64,000 nucleotides of DNA from Azolla caroliniana (lineage: Eukaryota; Plantae; Polypodiophyta), in the NCBI GenBank assembly GCA_043228905.1, contig JBHGNT010000008.1, positions 15,934,001-15,998,000 on the forward strand. The letters are read 5' to 3'. A model generated the notes under the pieces. That model searched no databases and was not told the DNA's origin. It saw only the letters and a list, made by a program, of their open reading frames with translations. Below, in pieces: positions 24,297 to 37,900 of the stretch. The stretch's first letter is position 1; every line of letters starts with the position of its first letter. Made by a program: the position numbers and the translations under genes.

Positions 24297-27200
24297 AGGA
24301 GTCGAGGAGTCGAGTTGATGAGGGAATCTGCCGAGGCCGACAGGCCGAGGCCGAAACCGGAATCGTGTAAATAGTCGACTCGGGAGACTATATTTGTAAA
24401 TAGTCTAAGTGTGTGCCCCATGAGGGCTACGTATGTGAATAGCCAGAAAATTTGCGTAAGTATATATGTAACTAGGGCAAACTTTAACTGTGTGTAACAG
24501 AGTACAGAAGTGTTGTGCGCGGCATAGCGTGAGAGTGTGCAGAGAGTGAGTGAGAGAGAGAAGTGTGAGCCGCGCCATAGTTGTGTGTGTAACAGCAGAC
24601 CCAAAGAGCCCTGTGCTGTTGATACACTCGATAGAGTGTTGTATTCCTCTTGGTGTTGTACATCCACTTTGTATAGTGAAGAAATCTGTTCACCCGTGTT
24701 TTTTCCCCGTATTAGGGTTTCCACGTAAATATCTGTGTATTGTTGTTCATCTTGTCTTTCTCGCATTGTGGTGTGATTCGTATTTCAGCGCGTAGTTCAA
24801 TTATTGTGATTAATTCCGCAACGATTTCTCAACAAATTGGTATCAGATCTTGAGGTGCAAGGATGGACAGAGGTGTTAGCGGATTCTCAAGTATAATAGT
24901 TCTAAACTCTCAGAACTATGCAGACTGGAAGATAAAGATGGAAGACCTTCTCATAGTAAAAGACCTGTACAAGCCAGTCGACAGAGCAGAAATACCCAGG
25001 GGGTATTGGAGTCGGATTGGAAGCTTCTGAATAGGAAGGCAGTGGCCAGAATCTGACAATGTGGCGAATGACACGAATGCCCATGAGATGTGGTAGAAGT
25101 TATTGGGTCTGTACGAGAGGAAGAACGCGCTAAACAGAACCTCGCTAAGGAGAAAAATCGTACGGCTGAAATGCAGAGACGGTGAGAGCATCGTCGAACA
25201 CATCAACAAATTCATGGGGTATGTAAATCAACTTGCTGCGACCAAGTTTCCCTAAGATGACGCAATGCAGGCCATCCTGCTGATGTGCACACTATAGGAA
25301 AGCTGGGAGAACCTGGTGGTTACTCTCAGCACCTCCTGTCAGGAATAGAACTTGTCTTTACAGACGGTGAAGACAAGCATCCTAAACGAGGAGGCAAGGT
25401 GGAAAGACAAAGGTGTCCTGTCCCAAACGGAGTCGAATCTGACTCAACATATGGATAAAGGAAGGGACCGACGAAGAAGAAGTCCACAGCGAATGGACAA
25501 ATCCCATGCCAGATCGAAGTCCAAAGGTAAGCCTATGTGCTTTTATTGTGGAAAACCTGGAAACTTCCAGAAGGACTGCCGACACATGAAGAAAGACAAG
25601 AGTGTCGGAAATAATGTTGAACCCCGGAAGATTCTGGATGAAAAGAACACTTTGGCCATTGCTACGAGCAATGAGGAACTTCTGTTCATTTGTGAATAGA
25701 CAAGTGCAAATCTTGCAAGCGAAGAGTGCACTTGGGTGATTGACTCCGGCGCATCCTTTCACATTACTCCGTCAAGAGAGTATTTCGTGACTTACATAGC
25801 CGGGGATCATGGCTATGTAAAGATGGATGATAGTGGAGAGTGCAAGATAACCGGAGTCGGAAGTGTGTGCTTAATGACGTTGATAGGGTGTCGACTAACG
25901 TTGAAGGATGTTCGACACGTCCCCGACATCAGATTGGATCTGATATCTACTGGAAGGCTTGATGACGAAGGCTACAGTGGTAGCTTTCGGAATGGCAAGT
26001 GGAAGTTCTGTCGAGGAAATATCATAGTGGCCCGGGCACAGAAAGAAGGCACATTTTACATGACGCATGCCCGACTGTGCAAATCGGAAGTAAACGTGGC
26101 AGCCGACTCGGTAGGGGAGATATGGCATAAGAGGCTAGGCCACATGAGTGCGAAGGGAATGCACCTGTTAGCAGACCAGAAACTTCTACCAGAAGTCAAG
26201 GGAGTGCACCTGGAGAAGTGTGTCGACTGCTTAGCCGGAAAGTAGAACAGGACGACATTCCATACAAGACCACTGAGGAGAAGAGAAGCTGCACTGGAAC
26301 TAGTGCACACGGATGTGTGCTATGTGGATGCTCCATCGCATCGAGGTGGAGAGTACTTCGTGACATTCATTGACGACCATAGTCGAAAGACATGGGCCTT
26401 CGTATTGAAGACAAAGGATCAAGTACTGTCGGTTTTCAAGGAGTCCCAGGCAAGAGCTGAAAGAGAGTCGGGTCGGAAACTGAAGGTCGTTTGAACTGAC
26501 AATGGTGGCAAGTATAGGGGGTAGTTCAAAGAATACTGCAAGTGCCAAGGTATTCGGATTGAATACACAGTGCCAAAGACCCTAGAGTTGAACGGGCTTG
26601 CAGAGAGTATGAATCGAACGATCATGGAGAGAGTGAGGAGCATGCTCTCTCATGCGAAACTGCCGAAATCCTATTGGGCTGAGGCGATGTACACAACTGT
26701 TTATCTAATCAACAGGTCTCCCTCAGTACCTCTAAAGGGTGATGTACCACAAAGGGTGCGGACAGGGAAGGATGTCTCTTACCAACACCTGAGGGTGTTC
26801 GGATGTTTGGCATATATGCATGTACCAAAGGATCAGAGGTCAAAGATCGACAACAAGTCGAAAGCATGCATATTCATGGGATACTCGGAAGATGAGTTTG
26901 GCTAAAGGTTGTGGAACTTAGTCGACAAGAAGGTAGTGAGAAGTTGGGATGTAGTCTTTCTAGAAGACAAGACAATTGAAGACTAGAAGCAACAGAAGTC
27001 GGAACCGATTCCCGAGTTAACCTCGACTACCATCGACTTAAGGCCAAGTGAGTTGTCACCGGTAGCTGTAAGGAGACAGTTGGCCGACAGAGCCGAATCC
27101 GAGTCGGTCGACTCGGAAAGACCAACAGACTATGAGTCAGAGTCGGCATACCTGCTAAAATCAATTGAGAAATATGAGTTGGAGCTGTCCAAGCTGGAGA

Positions 27201-29324
27201 TGCCGATTGATGAGCAGAATCCCGAGCAAAGAGAAGAGTTGGCAGAGATATCTGGAAGAGAGCCAATAGCAAGTGGACGAAGGTACCCACTCAGAGAAAG
27301 GAAGGGACCGATTACATATGCCAGTCAATACATCCTCTTGACTGATGACGGTGAACCGGAGTGCTATGAAGAAGCCATTGCTGACGAGAGTAGAGAAAAA
27401 TGGCTGAATGCGATGCAAGAGGAGATGGGATCCTTGCACGCGAATTACACCTACAACCTAATAGAGCTGCTGAAAGATAAGAAAGCACTCAGGAATAAAT
27501 GAGTCTACAAGGTCAAGACTGGAGAAGTCGACAGCGAGCCCAGGTATAAAGCCCGCATCGTGGTAAAGGGTTTCCAACAGAGGAAGGGCGTTGACTTTGA
27601 CGAAATATTCGCACCAGTCATGAAGATGACATCCATACGAACTATTCTGAGCATAGTGGCCATCATGGATATGGAGATCGAACAGTTGGATGTCAAAACC
27701 ACATTTCTGCACAGGGAGCTAGAAGAAGAAATCTACATGCAGCAACCCGAAGGATTTGAGGAGAAAGGGAAAGAGAATCTGGTGTGTCGACTGAGGAAAA
27801 GCTTGTATGGATTGAAACAAGATCCACGCCAATGGTACAAGAAATTTGAGTCCTTCATGATGGAACATCGGTTCCAGAAAACATAGGCCGATCACTGTGT
27901 GTTCGTCAAAAGGTACGAGGAAGGAGATTTCTTGATTCTCTTGTTATACGTTGATGATATGTTGATAGTTGGTCAAGATGCAAGGAAGATTGGAAGCTTG
28001 AAGAAAGCTCTGGGCAAATCATTTGCCATGAAAGACCTTGGACCGGAAAAGCAAATCCTAGGAATGCACATAACCCGAGATAGAGTTTGGAAGGTGCTAT
28101 GGTTGTCACAACAGAAGTATGTGATGAAGATCCTAGAGAGGTTCAACATGTCGAATGCAAAGCTGGTCGGCTCCGTGTTGCCGACAAACTGCAGATTAAA
28201 TGTGAAGCAGTGTCCAAAGGGACAGAAGGAGAAGGCCGAGATGAGGAAGGTACCATATGCCTTGGCCGTCGGCAGTCTAATGTATGCTATGGTCTGTACG
28301 AGACCGGACATAGCATTTGCTGTGCAAGCAGTAAGCCGATATATGAATAATCTAGGGAGAGAACATTGGCCAGCAATGAAATGGATACTCAAGCACTTAA
28401 AGGGTACATTGGGGGTGTGCCTAAGGTATGGTGTCGGAAAACATGTGCTGGAAGGTTTTACCGATCCGGACATGTCAGGAGATGTCGACTCGAGCCGATC
28501 CACGTCAGGGCACGTGATGACCTATGCAGGGGGAGCAGTGTCGTGGCAGTCACGACTGCAGATGTCTGTAGCCTTGTCAATTACAGAGGCAGAGTATATG
28601 GCAGCGGTAGAAGCCGGAAAAGAGCTAATCTGGATGAGAAATTTTCTCACCGAACTAGGCATGAAGCAAAAGGGGTTCTTGCTTCATTGTGACAACCAAA
28701 GTGCCATACACCTAGCCAATAATGCAACATACCACTCCCGGACCAAGCACATACAGAGAAGGTATCATTGGTTACGGGAGAGAGTCGAAGAAGGAGAATT
28801 TTCTCTTGAGAAGATCCATACTGATGACAATGGATCTGACATGCTAACGAAGAACCTACCTATGGACAGACTCAGAGTTTGTCGACAAAATACAGGACTG
28901 ACAGATTTCCTCCCACAGGAGTGAAGGGGGAGTTTGTTGGGAATATGTCCCTCCAGTGGGAGGATGATCCGACTGTTCGGAAAGCCGACAATTGAAGAGT
29001 TGGAAAACAGGAGCCGAGTTGATGAGGGACTCGGCCAAGGCTGTCCCTCCAGTGGGAGGAAGATCCGACCATTAGGAAAGTCGACAATCGAGGAGTCGAG
29101 TTGATGAGGGACTCGGCCCAGGCCAATAGGCTGAGGCCGAAACCGGAATCGTGTAAATAACCGACTCGGGAGACTATATTTGTAAATAGTCTAAGTGTGC
29201 GCCCCATGAGGGCTACGTATATAAATAGCCAGAAAAGTTGCGTAAGTATATATGTAACTAGGGCAGACTTTAACTGTGTGTAACAGAGTACAGAAGTGTT
29301 GTGTGCAACATAGCGTGAGAGTGT

Positions 29325-29377
<53 letters not shown>

Positions 29378-29705
29378 TGAGTTGCACCATAGCGTGAGAG
29401 TGTGCAGGGAGTGAGAGAGAAAGAGAGAGAGAAGCGTGAGTTGTGCCATAGCTGTGTGTGTAACAACAGACGCGAAGAGCCCTGTGCGGCTAATACACTC
29501 GACAAAGTGTTGTATTCCTCTCGGTGTTGTACATCCACTTTGTATAGTGAAGAAATCTATTCACCTGTGGTTTTTCCCCGTTTTAGGGTTTCCACGTAAA
29601 TCTCTGTGTATAGTTGTTCCTCTTGTCTTTCTCGCATTGTGGTGTGATTCCTATTTCAGCGCGTAGTTCAATTATTGTGATTAATTCCGCAACGATTTCT
29701 CAACA
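24297..29705 (+). mobile_element. Near-complete decayed Ty1/copia (Tnt1/Tork-like), 5' LTR truncated (to 24834), 3' LTR 28935-29705
   Basis: PBS TGGTATCAGA at 24838. Knuckle CFYCGKPG, IDSGAS, WHKRLGH, HTDVC, LYVDDML, RH motifs, PPT GAAGGGGGAG. Matching LTR ends TTTCTCAACA. Many stop codons. Confidence 0.92.
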
Positions 29706-30362
29706 ATGTGAACCGGAAGGCTAGTAGTAGCCTATAGTCCTAGACTGTAGGTAGTCAGAGTCCTCGTAGTTAGTGTCAGCCGCTTATATGAGCATTGAAG
29801 TACATAGTACTTCTATTCGTCCTTTTTTTTCTTTTTTTTTTAGTATCAATTTTATTAGTAGTGGGAAACCTCAAAGTGAGGTGAAAACCCACATAGAATA
29901 AAGAAAAATATACAAGTGTCGATTTGACACTAAAGAGCTTAAAAGCACTCAAAGCAAAAAGGTTGTAAATTTGGAGTGTGATGTCTCTAAGTTGCAGACA
30001 TTCAAATAGAGATTGCCTGAGGGATTGCTTAAAGAATCTAACTTCATGTAGTTGGTTTCGATCAAAGACCTTATTATTGCGGGCTGTCCAAATCGTCCAA
30101 AGTGCCCAAAACCGTGTCCATTGGAGAAAATCAGTCAGTCCTTTTGAGGACTTGTATAAATAGTGTTGTTTAACACGTTGTATGTACAAAGTTTTAGAGT
30201 GTTTTTGTTTTCTAATAGAGTGTATGTTCTGCTCTCTCTCTCTCTCTCTCTCTCCCATGTATGCTAAGTATTCTCAAGTTTCCATTGAACCTGTATTTTA
30301 CTCTCTGTTGCTATTCGGCTAAACCGGCTTTGTCAAAGCTTCCGCACATATTAACTTTCACA
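29706..30362 (+). mobile_element. Partial copia LTR (family of 44585-45017) carrying a LINE insertion
   Basis: Aligns by eye with 44680-45017 on both sides of the 29804-30134 insert. Ends TTAACTTTCACA. Confidence 0.7.
29804..30134 (-). mobile_element. 5'-truncated L1-type LINE 3' end with A-rich tail
   Basis: Minus-strand translation WALWTIWTARNNKVFD. Poly-T tracts at 29823-29841 on the plus strand. Confidence 0.65.
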
Positions 30363-31936
30363 AGGGTTTCCTAAACCCTAAATTTGGCGACCATAATTAC
30401 TGGAGCAAGCAACGAACAACAGGGGGATGGATGACTAGGCCAATGAACGACCAAGTTGCCGAACGAGCAAGAAGACTAGCTGAGAGACTGGGGAAGCGGG
30501 AGGCTTACCAACAAGTGGCTGAGGAGATTTGGTTGGATCGGTCTTTTTCTAGCATGATTTGGCAGGTCATGGAGGAGTCACTCTGGTTATAGCACAATCC
30601 ATACCTGGATGAAGGAAGCAGTTTGAGCAGTTTGCGGGACGCGAAATCCATCCTAATGACCCTTGCGCCGGGCGAGAGAGATTCAATAACGTTCTTGGCT
30701 ATTCAATCGGATTCGAATGGGGAGCAAAGGGCTCAGTCCAATTATCGGAGCAGTCACGACACCCCAGAAGGCCTGGAAGAAAATCCTAGGTAGCACACAT
30801 TCATTAGGGAGAAAATCGAGGCGTATCCTTGTTTGAAAGGATAGGGAATAAACATCATGTAATAGGTGGTAACGGCCTCTCTCCTTGGGCTATAAAAGAG
30901 AGGGAGAGGTATTGTAGAAAAGGGGGTATCGTGTTTTGTGGAGGACGAAGTGCTGCTGGACTTGAACCGAGCTCTTCTCGTCTGTCTTCTCCATAGTCGT
31001 TCTGTGCAGGTTTTCGGGAGGTTGAGTCTGCTCCGTGGAACGCCAAGTGCTTCCGACAGAGTCTCCATCTCCTGTTGTGTGCGTGTATGTGTGCGTGTAT
31101 GTGTGCAGGCGTCGGAGCCTATCACTCGCCTGCTTGTCGGTTGTAACTCCTTGGTTTGTATGTACCTATACATTTGTTCTGTCTCCATTGTTCAGAGTTA
31201 GTTGCAACTCCTGTGAATCTGTGTGTTTGTGTGCGTGTGAAGTGCACCGGTAGTTTCGTTCCCCTCTTCTCATTCGGTTATTTCTCGGTCCAAGGCCCCT
31301 GTGGTCCCGCCTCATTCTCCACGCACGTGCGTAACAACGTGACATATTTGGTGAACCCGACGTGAACAGGTGGCAGAGGAGTAGAAAGATGAGAGGGTCG
31401 GATCTTGCAGAAGCCGTGGCTTTGGATGTGGATCGGATAGTGAGTGCGCACGAAGGCACATGCGCCCTCGATAGGGCTATTGAAGTAGTCGTCGGCACGA
31501 TAGGCCGGTTCGGTGGGAAGGACGCCACGAGCTACCTGGAGGCTTACCGAGCTGAAATGATGATGAGGGACATCCCGGAGGACAGGCGACTGGCCGGATT
31601 CCCTCGGGTGGCGATGTCGGGCATCCACGCGGAGGTGCTTGAGGTATGAGCTGAGAGTCAGACCTGGGAAGAGTTTGAAGGTCGGTTCCTTGAAAAATAT
31701 GGGCTTGATGATGCGCTTTGGCTATCGAAGCGGGACTTCATGGAATGGGTGGACACCCCCGAAAAGGGGAGAAACGCGTTGGTGCTCCTTCGGGAGTTTG
31801 AAGAACGCTTCGCATGTCTTTCGGTGCTGGACCGGACCGTACTGGACACAAGTCGTGTCCTATTGTTCGTTAGATCAGTGGACGTAAGGGACCGGGAGCA
31901 AGTGGTGTTCCTGCTGGAGACCGATGACGGCCTAAC

Positions 31937-34900
31937 TGTTGTCCGACGGACAAGAGCGCAGGAATAGTGAATAGTATAAGATTGTAACGCATGTAACGGT
32001 TCACGCGGGAAGTGTGAACGGCTAAAAGACCCTGCGTATATAAAGGGCAGAAAACCTCTGATAGAGGTAGCAGGTAATTTTGGAATGTAAAGAAGTGTAT
32101 CGTAATAGAATTCTATCTTCTCTGATATTTGTGTATAGCTACGACTAATCTATTGTGTGTCTGTAACACCTGAGAGTGTAGAAGTAAGCCACGGTGAGTG
32201 TGTAGACACTGTTAAGGAGCTCGGTTGTAGCCATCTCCCTTATACACTGTTAGGGTACGGGGAACATTCCCCTACGTATTACGCATAGACGCTACCGTTC
32301 GTTGTCACACAGTCACTTGAAAGGTCTAGGTCGAAGGACTGACCGTAGAACGTGTTCCTAATCGGTAACACTTTTGGCACGCTTGGCGATCTGTGTCTTC
32401 TCACGGACGAACAATAACGAATGGATGTTTAGCCGCAGACGCCCCAGAGAATCAACATGACCAGACCGGGCACGCTAGGCAGAGGACCGCGCACGGCAGA
32501 AGCCTCGCCTCAACGACCTCAACACTACTTGTCGTGATCAGAAAGGTGATTTTCTGCTCTCCAAATACCTCGACGATACGCGGGGAGCACACTCACTACA
32601 GAAGCACTATGGTCTTTCTCGACCTGCCGTAGCCCCCAACATGGCCTTTGCCTATCCCCGCTTTAATGGCGAAACCGACGCCGCAACTCATATTCGCATG
32701 TTCCTCAATGTCTGGAATGCAAACCACATGGTGCAAAGCCTTTCTGAGGCGGTAGCGCACTAGTCCAGAATGACGGAGTTCGGGTTAACATTGGATGGGT
32801 GAGCGGCATTTTGGCATTCACAAATGGATTTGCTAGCAATCACGACCTTTGACCAGGTGCAGTCCGCCTTTTTGCGGCTCTTCCATCGGAGGGTTCCACA
32901 ACGCGAAATCCTCGGACAGTTCTACACAATTAAGCAGCTGCCAAAATTTACGGCGGAAACTAGAACGGAGCCCCATGGAGGACGAGGCTCGGGAGACATT
33001 TCTAGCAGCATTACACCGACCCATACGGACAACGCTCAACAACAATAGCGTGAAAGGGGAAACGACAGATATGGTCATTGAACGAGCATTACAGCTCGAG
33101 CTGGAAGACGAAGAGGAAAGGTTTTCCATGTCCTCATTACGACAAGCGTTACCTCAAGATGAGGAACGATAGTTTTGTCTAGCAATCCAGTGCACGATTT
33201 GCTTGAACTCATTCCGCAGTGGAGTGCACCATGCGAATCCACTGCCCAATCTGCCACTCGAAGGCTCACACAATCGAATAGTGTGAATACAATATGCTGA
33301 ACAGAGCCGCTCCCATAGTACGCATCATGGACACAGAGCGTTCCCCACGCCGTACTGAACAAAGGAGGCAAGAAGACCGACCACGGTATGTGGATCACAA
33401 CCCATGTGACGACCTGCACTACCGGAATCGCCGGAATCACAATGATTCCGAGGAAGAAAAGCCAGAGGATGAGGACTACCGTGGTCCCCCGAGTTATGCC
33501 AAAAGGGGGCCGGCGCTATGAGAATCACCGGCCGACAAACAAACATGGCGGCTTCAATGGTTATCGTGGGAAGCAACGACAATATCGGGACCACCGGCGA
33601 TATGAAGAAAGCTCGGGTGATTAGTGACACCAAGAACCACGCCGGGACCAACAGCAACCACCGCGTACGCTCTGACAAATGAGGCCGGACCGTGAGGATC
33701 AAGTTGCTCCAGGGGATCAGCACACACCACCAGGAGCCGAGAAGGGCGAATCGAGCATCCATTGTTTTGTTTGTCAGCAGCCCGAACATTATGCCACATA
33801 ATACCCAATACGCAAGGGCAAGGGGCCCGCCGTCAATACAATTACGGCGGAAGTGCAGCAAGTCACGACACGCCAACAAACAAAAACGGCTGATTGGGTC
33901 GTGCAAGCTGAGATACGACGACAAGCCCAGGCATGGGTTGAAAAAGCAAACGCGACAAATACAGAGCGCATGCGGAAGGAGTCCGCGAATACAATGGAGC
34001 GAGTGGAGGACGAAGGACCGGCCCCGGACCCCATTCGGCAAGCACTGGCGGGTTGCAAGATAACGTTAACCATGGAGAAGCTGCTGCAACTAGTCCCACA
34101 CTTCCGCCAGACCATGGAAGAACCGGTGACAGGCATACTTGGGGTGAGCGTCGCTACGAACCTCACTGACGTTAGCGACAGACCGTCTGTAGTGGATCAC
34201 CACAACCCGACTATTACATTGATATTACACGGACAGGAAATCCCAGGATGCGTAATCGATGGCAGCTCGGGCGTTAATGTAATTAGCGCAAAAACATGCG
34301 AGCAATTAGGATTTCAGAATGGGAGGCTTGCCCATTCTGGCTCCGTATGGCAGATCTCCGCTCAGTACGACCATTGGGGTTGATATGCAAGATAGGCATT
34401 ATCGTGGGAGGATATCGCTTCGACATCTCGACGGTAGTCCTCGCCCTGAACGCCCCAGGGGCATACCTTGTGCTGTTGGGCAGACCGTGGCTTGGGGCAG
34501 CAAATATCAAGCAGAGGTGGCAACACAAGTGTATCAGTTTCCGACACGGACGCACCAAGGTTCGCGTACCTACGGAGGGAAGCGCAACACAATCTAAGGG
34601 TATAACACCATTATACGCGGAAGATATAAATATGCTGGTTGGAGTGGAGGATGCAGAATTAGAGGCATACCTAGACGAGCACCCTCGGATTATTCCGCTG
34701 TTCGAAATCGACGTCATCGCAACCGCAACACAATATGCCACGACCACTATTCTCCATGACGAGGCATACGAACCAAACCTGGAGTCAATATTGGAACTAA
34801 GCAGAGCATGGACAACATTCGAGACGGAAATGGAAATTTCACGGCGAGTCACCGCCTCCGCCCTGGAAGAAGTAAACGTGGGTACGACGTTAGAACCTCA

Positions 34901-37900
34901 TTTTCTCTCCATCGCAAAGGAATTAAGGCCGGACCAGAGAGACGCGATGATTGAACTACTCAAGAAATATAAAGATGTGTTCGCCTAGGCTCACGCGGAC
35001 ATGAAGGGGTTAGATCCGAAGTTCTATCAACATAAGATCAATTTAGCAACCGACGCAAAACCCGTCCAGCAGCACCGCTACCGCATGAACCCGAACTACG
35101 CGACCCGCGTAAAAGAAGAAATTGACAAACTCCTAAAGGCGGGATTCATACGGCCAGTTAAACAAGACACATGGTTAAGTCCGATAGTAGTCGTTCCAAA
35201 GAAAAACGGCAAAATACATGTATGCGTGGATTACCAAAAATTAAACGTCGTAACCATTACAGACACATTCCCTTTACCATTCACCGATAGCGTACTGGAC
35301 GCCGTCGTAGGACATGACATGTACAATTTTTTAGATGGCTTCAGTGGGTATAACCAGGTACGCATACATCTCGATGACCAAGAGAAGACAACATTTGTCA
35401 CGGATTGGGGAGTCTATGTGGCAGTCGTCATGATGTTCGGGCTAAAGACGGCGCCGAAGACATTTCAATGGACAATTACGGAGATCTTTGGGGAATATAT
35501 TCCGGCATTCATGCAAGTATTTTTAGACGACTTTGCGGTATATGGGAAAACAATTGACCATTTTACGCATCTGCAATTGTGCCTGGAATGTTGCCGCACC
35601 GCACGCTTAAGCCTGAATCCCGCGAAATGTGCCTTCGGCGTGACCAGCGGGACTCTCCTAGGCCATATAGTCAGCAAGGATGGAATAGCGGTTGATCTGA
35701 ACAAGATCTCCGCGATTACCCAAGCCAAAACTCTGACAAACAGGAAATCACTCAGCTGGTTTTTAGGACAAATACGATGGCATAGTCGGATGATACGATA
35801 CTTGGCAGACTTCGCCATGCCGTTACATGCTACCGTGCATCAGACTCCCTTCCAATGGACCGCAACAGAGGACAAGGCCTATGAGGTGCTTAAGATAATG
35901 CTCACACAGGCACCCGCCGTACAGCCACCAGTTTGGGCGAAGCCAATCCACGTGTTCATAGACGCCTCAGACATAGCAATAGGAAGTGCACTAATGTAGC
36001 TCACCAAACCAAATTGGTACCGGCCAGTGTACTACGCTAGTCGCAAATTATCAACAGTAGAGCGTAACTTTTCTAGAACGGAGCGGGAGGCGCTAGGGAT
36101 GATCTATAACATCAATAAATTCCGGCATTATCTGTTGGGGAGGAAATTCACATTCCACGTGGATCATTCGGCACTGCTGTATTTGGTGGAGAAACAAGCA
36201 CTGACAAGGAAATTGGCACGATCTATGCTTCAAGAATTTGATGTTGTAATTCAGCACCACCCGGGGACGCAACACGCAGTGGCAGATTTTTTGGGCAGAC
36301 TCGATAATGGAGAAATAGTACAGAAGGACGACGATGACTTTCCGGACGCCGACATTCTACGGGTAGCAGCACTAGCAGAAAGAACGGAATCGACCTTTCC
36401 GAACCGGTGGCTTATGGAAATGACATACTTTTTGACTATGGGACTGCCTCCACCACAATTACACACAGACGAGAAGAAACGATTAGCCGTCCGAAGCTGT
36501 AACTTCTGCCTGGTAGAAGGAATTTTATATCACAAAGGAAGTGATGGCATTTGGCGACGCGGGGTACGTCAGGATGAGAAAGAAGCAATCTTACGAGAGG
36601 CTCACTGTGGCACGGTAGGCGGCCATTACGCGGGCGATGTTACAGCCCGGAAAATATGGTAGGTGGGCCTATGGTGGCCGACTACACAGAAGGACGCATA
36701 CGAGTATTGCAGAAAGTGTGACTTGTGTCAATGGATGGGCCAGCCCACGGAGGGCGCAAGGATGCCACACCAGCCCGTATTACCGTTAGACCCCTTCCAA
36801 AAGTGAGGATTGGATTTTGTGGGCCCCTTTACACTGGCGGCGGCCGTACGGGCAATAAATACATATTGGTAGCCATGGATTATTGCACCAAGTGGGTAGA
36901 AGCAAAGGCACTACGAGAAAATACGGCGGCTATCACAACGAGATTCCTTTACGAGCACATATGGTGTCGGTTTGGCTGTCCGATTGAGCTTATTAGTGAC
37001 CAAGGGAGCCACTTTCTCAATACGATTGTTCGAGAACTAACACATCATTACACCGTAGTCCACAAGAAGAGTGCGCCATATTATCCATAGGCAAATGGGT
37101 TAGCGGAATCCACCAACAAGACGTTGCAGACCATCTTAAAGAAAATCGTCAATGAAAATAGAATGGACTGGGATACCAAATTACAGAGTGCGTTATGGGC
37201 GTACAGAACTAGCTACAAAACAAGCATACAGTCAACACCGTTCGGCTAGTGTTTGGGCTGGAGGCCGTGATGTCGGTAGAATTTCAGATACCCAATTTAC
37301 GCATTCAAGTACGGGACCGAATATTGGAAGCCAAGTCGGAGGAGGTACGGGTCCACCAGCTATTCGAACTCGGCAAAAAACGCGTACACAGCATGGCTGT
37401 GTTGGAGCAAGAACAACGACGACGTAAAGCATTTGTGGATCGACATCGGAATGCACGGGAAAAGGATTTCACGGTCGGTCGAGCGGTACTGGTTTTCCAA
37501 ACCCGCATGGGACATATGCCAGGGAAGTTACAATTCCGCTGGATAGGCCCGTACTGGATAATAGGAGCGGAATAGGGCACGTTCCAACTAGGTACACTGG
37601 CCGGGGAAGTCTTACGACAAAAGGTGAATGGGTTCCACCTTAAACCTTACCTGGGCCCTACGCCACCTAACCCATTCACCGCTGGACAGGACAAAGCCGG
37701 AGAATCCGCGGCGTAAGTGGATGGCCCCACTTGTATCATAATGTAAAAATGTATGTAACCGTTGCGAAAAAAAAAAAGAAAAAAGAAAAAAGAAAGAAGA
37801 TAGCGACGTTATTAAAAAAGGACTGAATGCATGCACAAAATTCTAGATCAAGAACACCCGGCACCACGATGGCTCACCACCCAATGAACCCTAGGACACA

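Noticed and set aside
30363-30751. Coding-like fragment between two LTRs
   Set aside because: Short, stop-interrupted and without a recognisable motif, so it could not be assigned.
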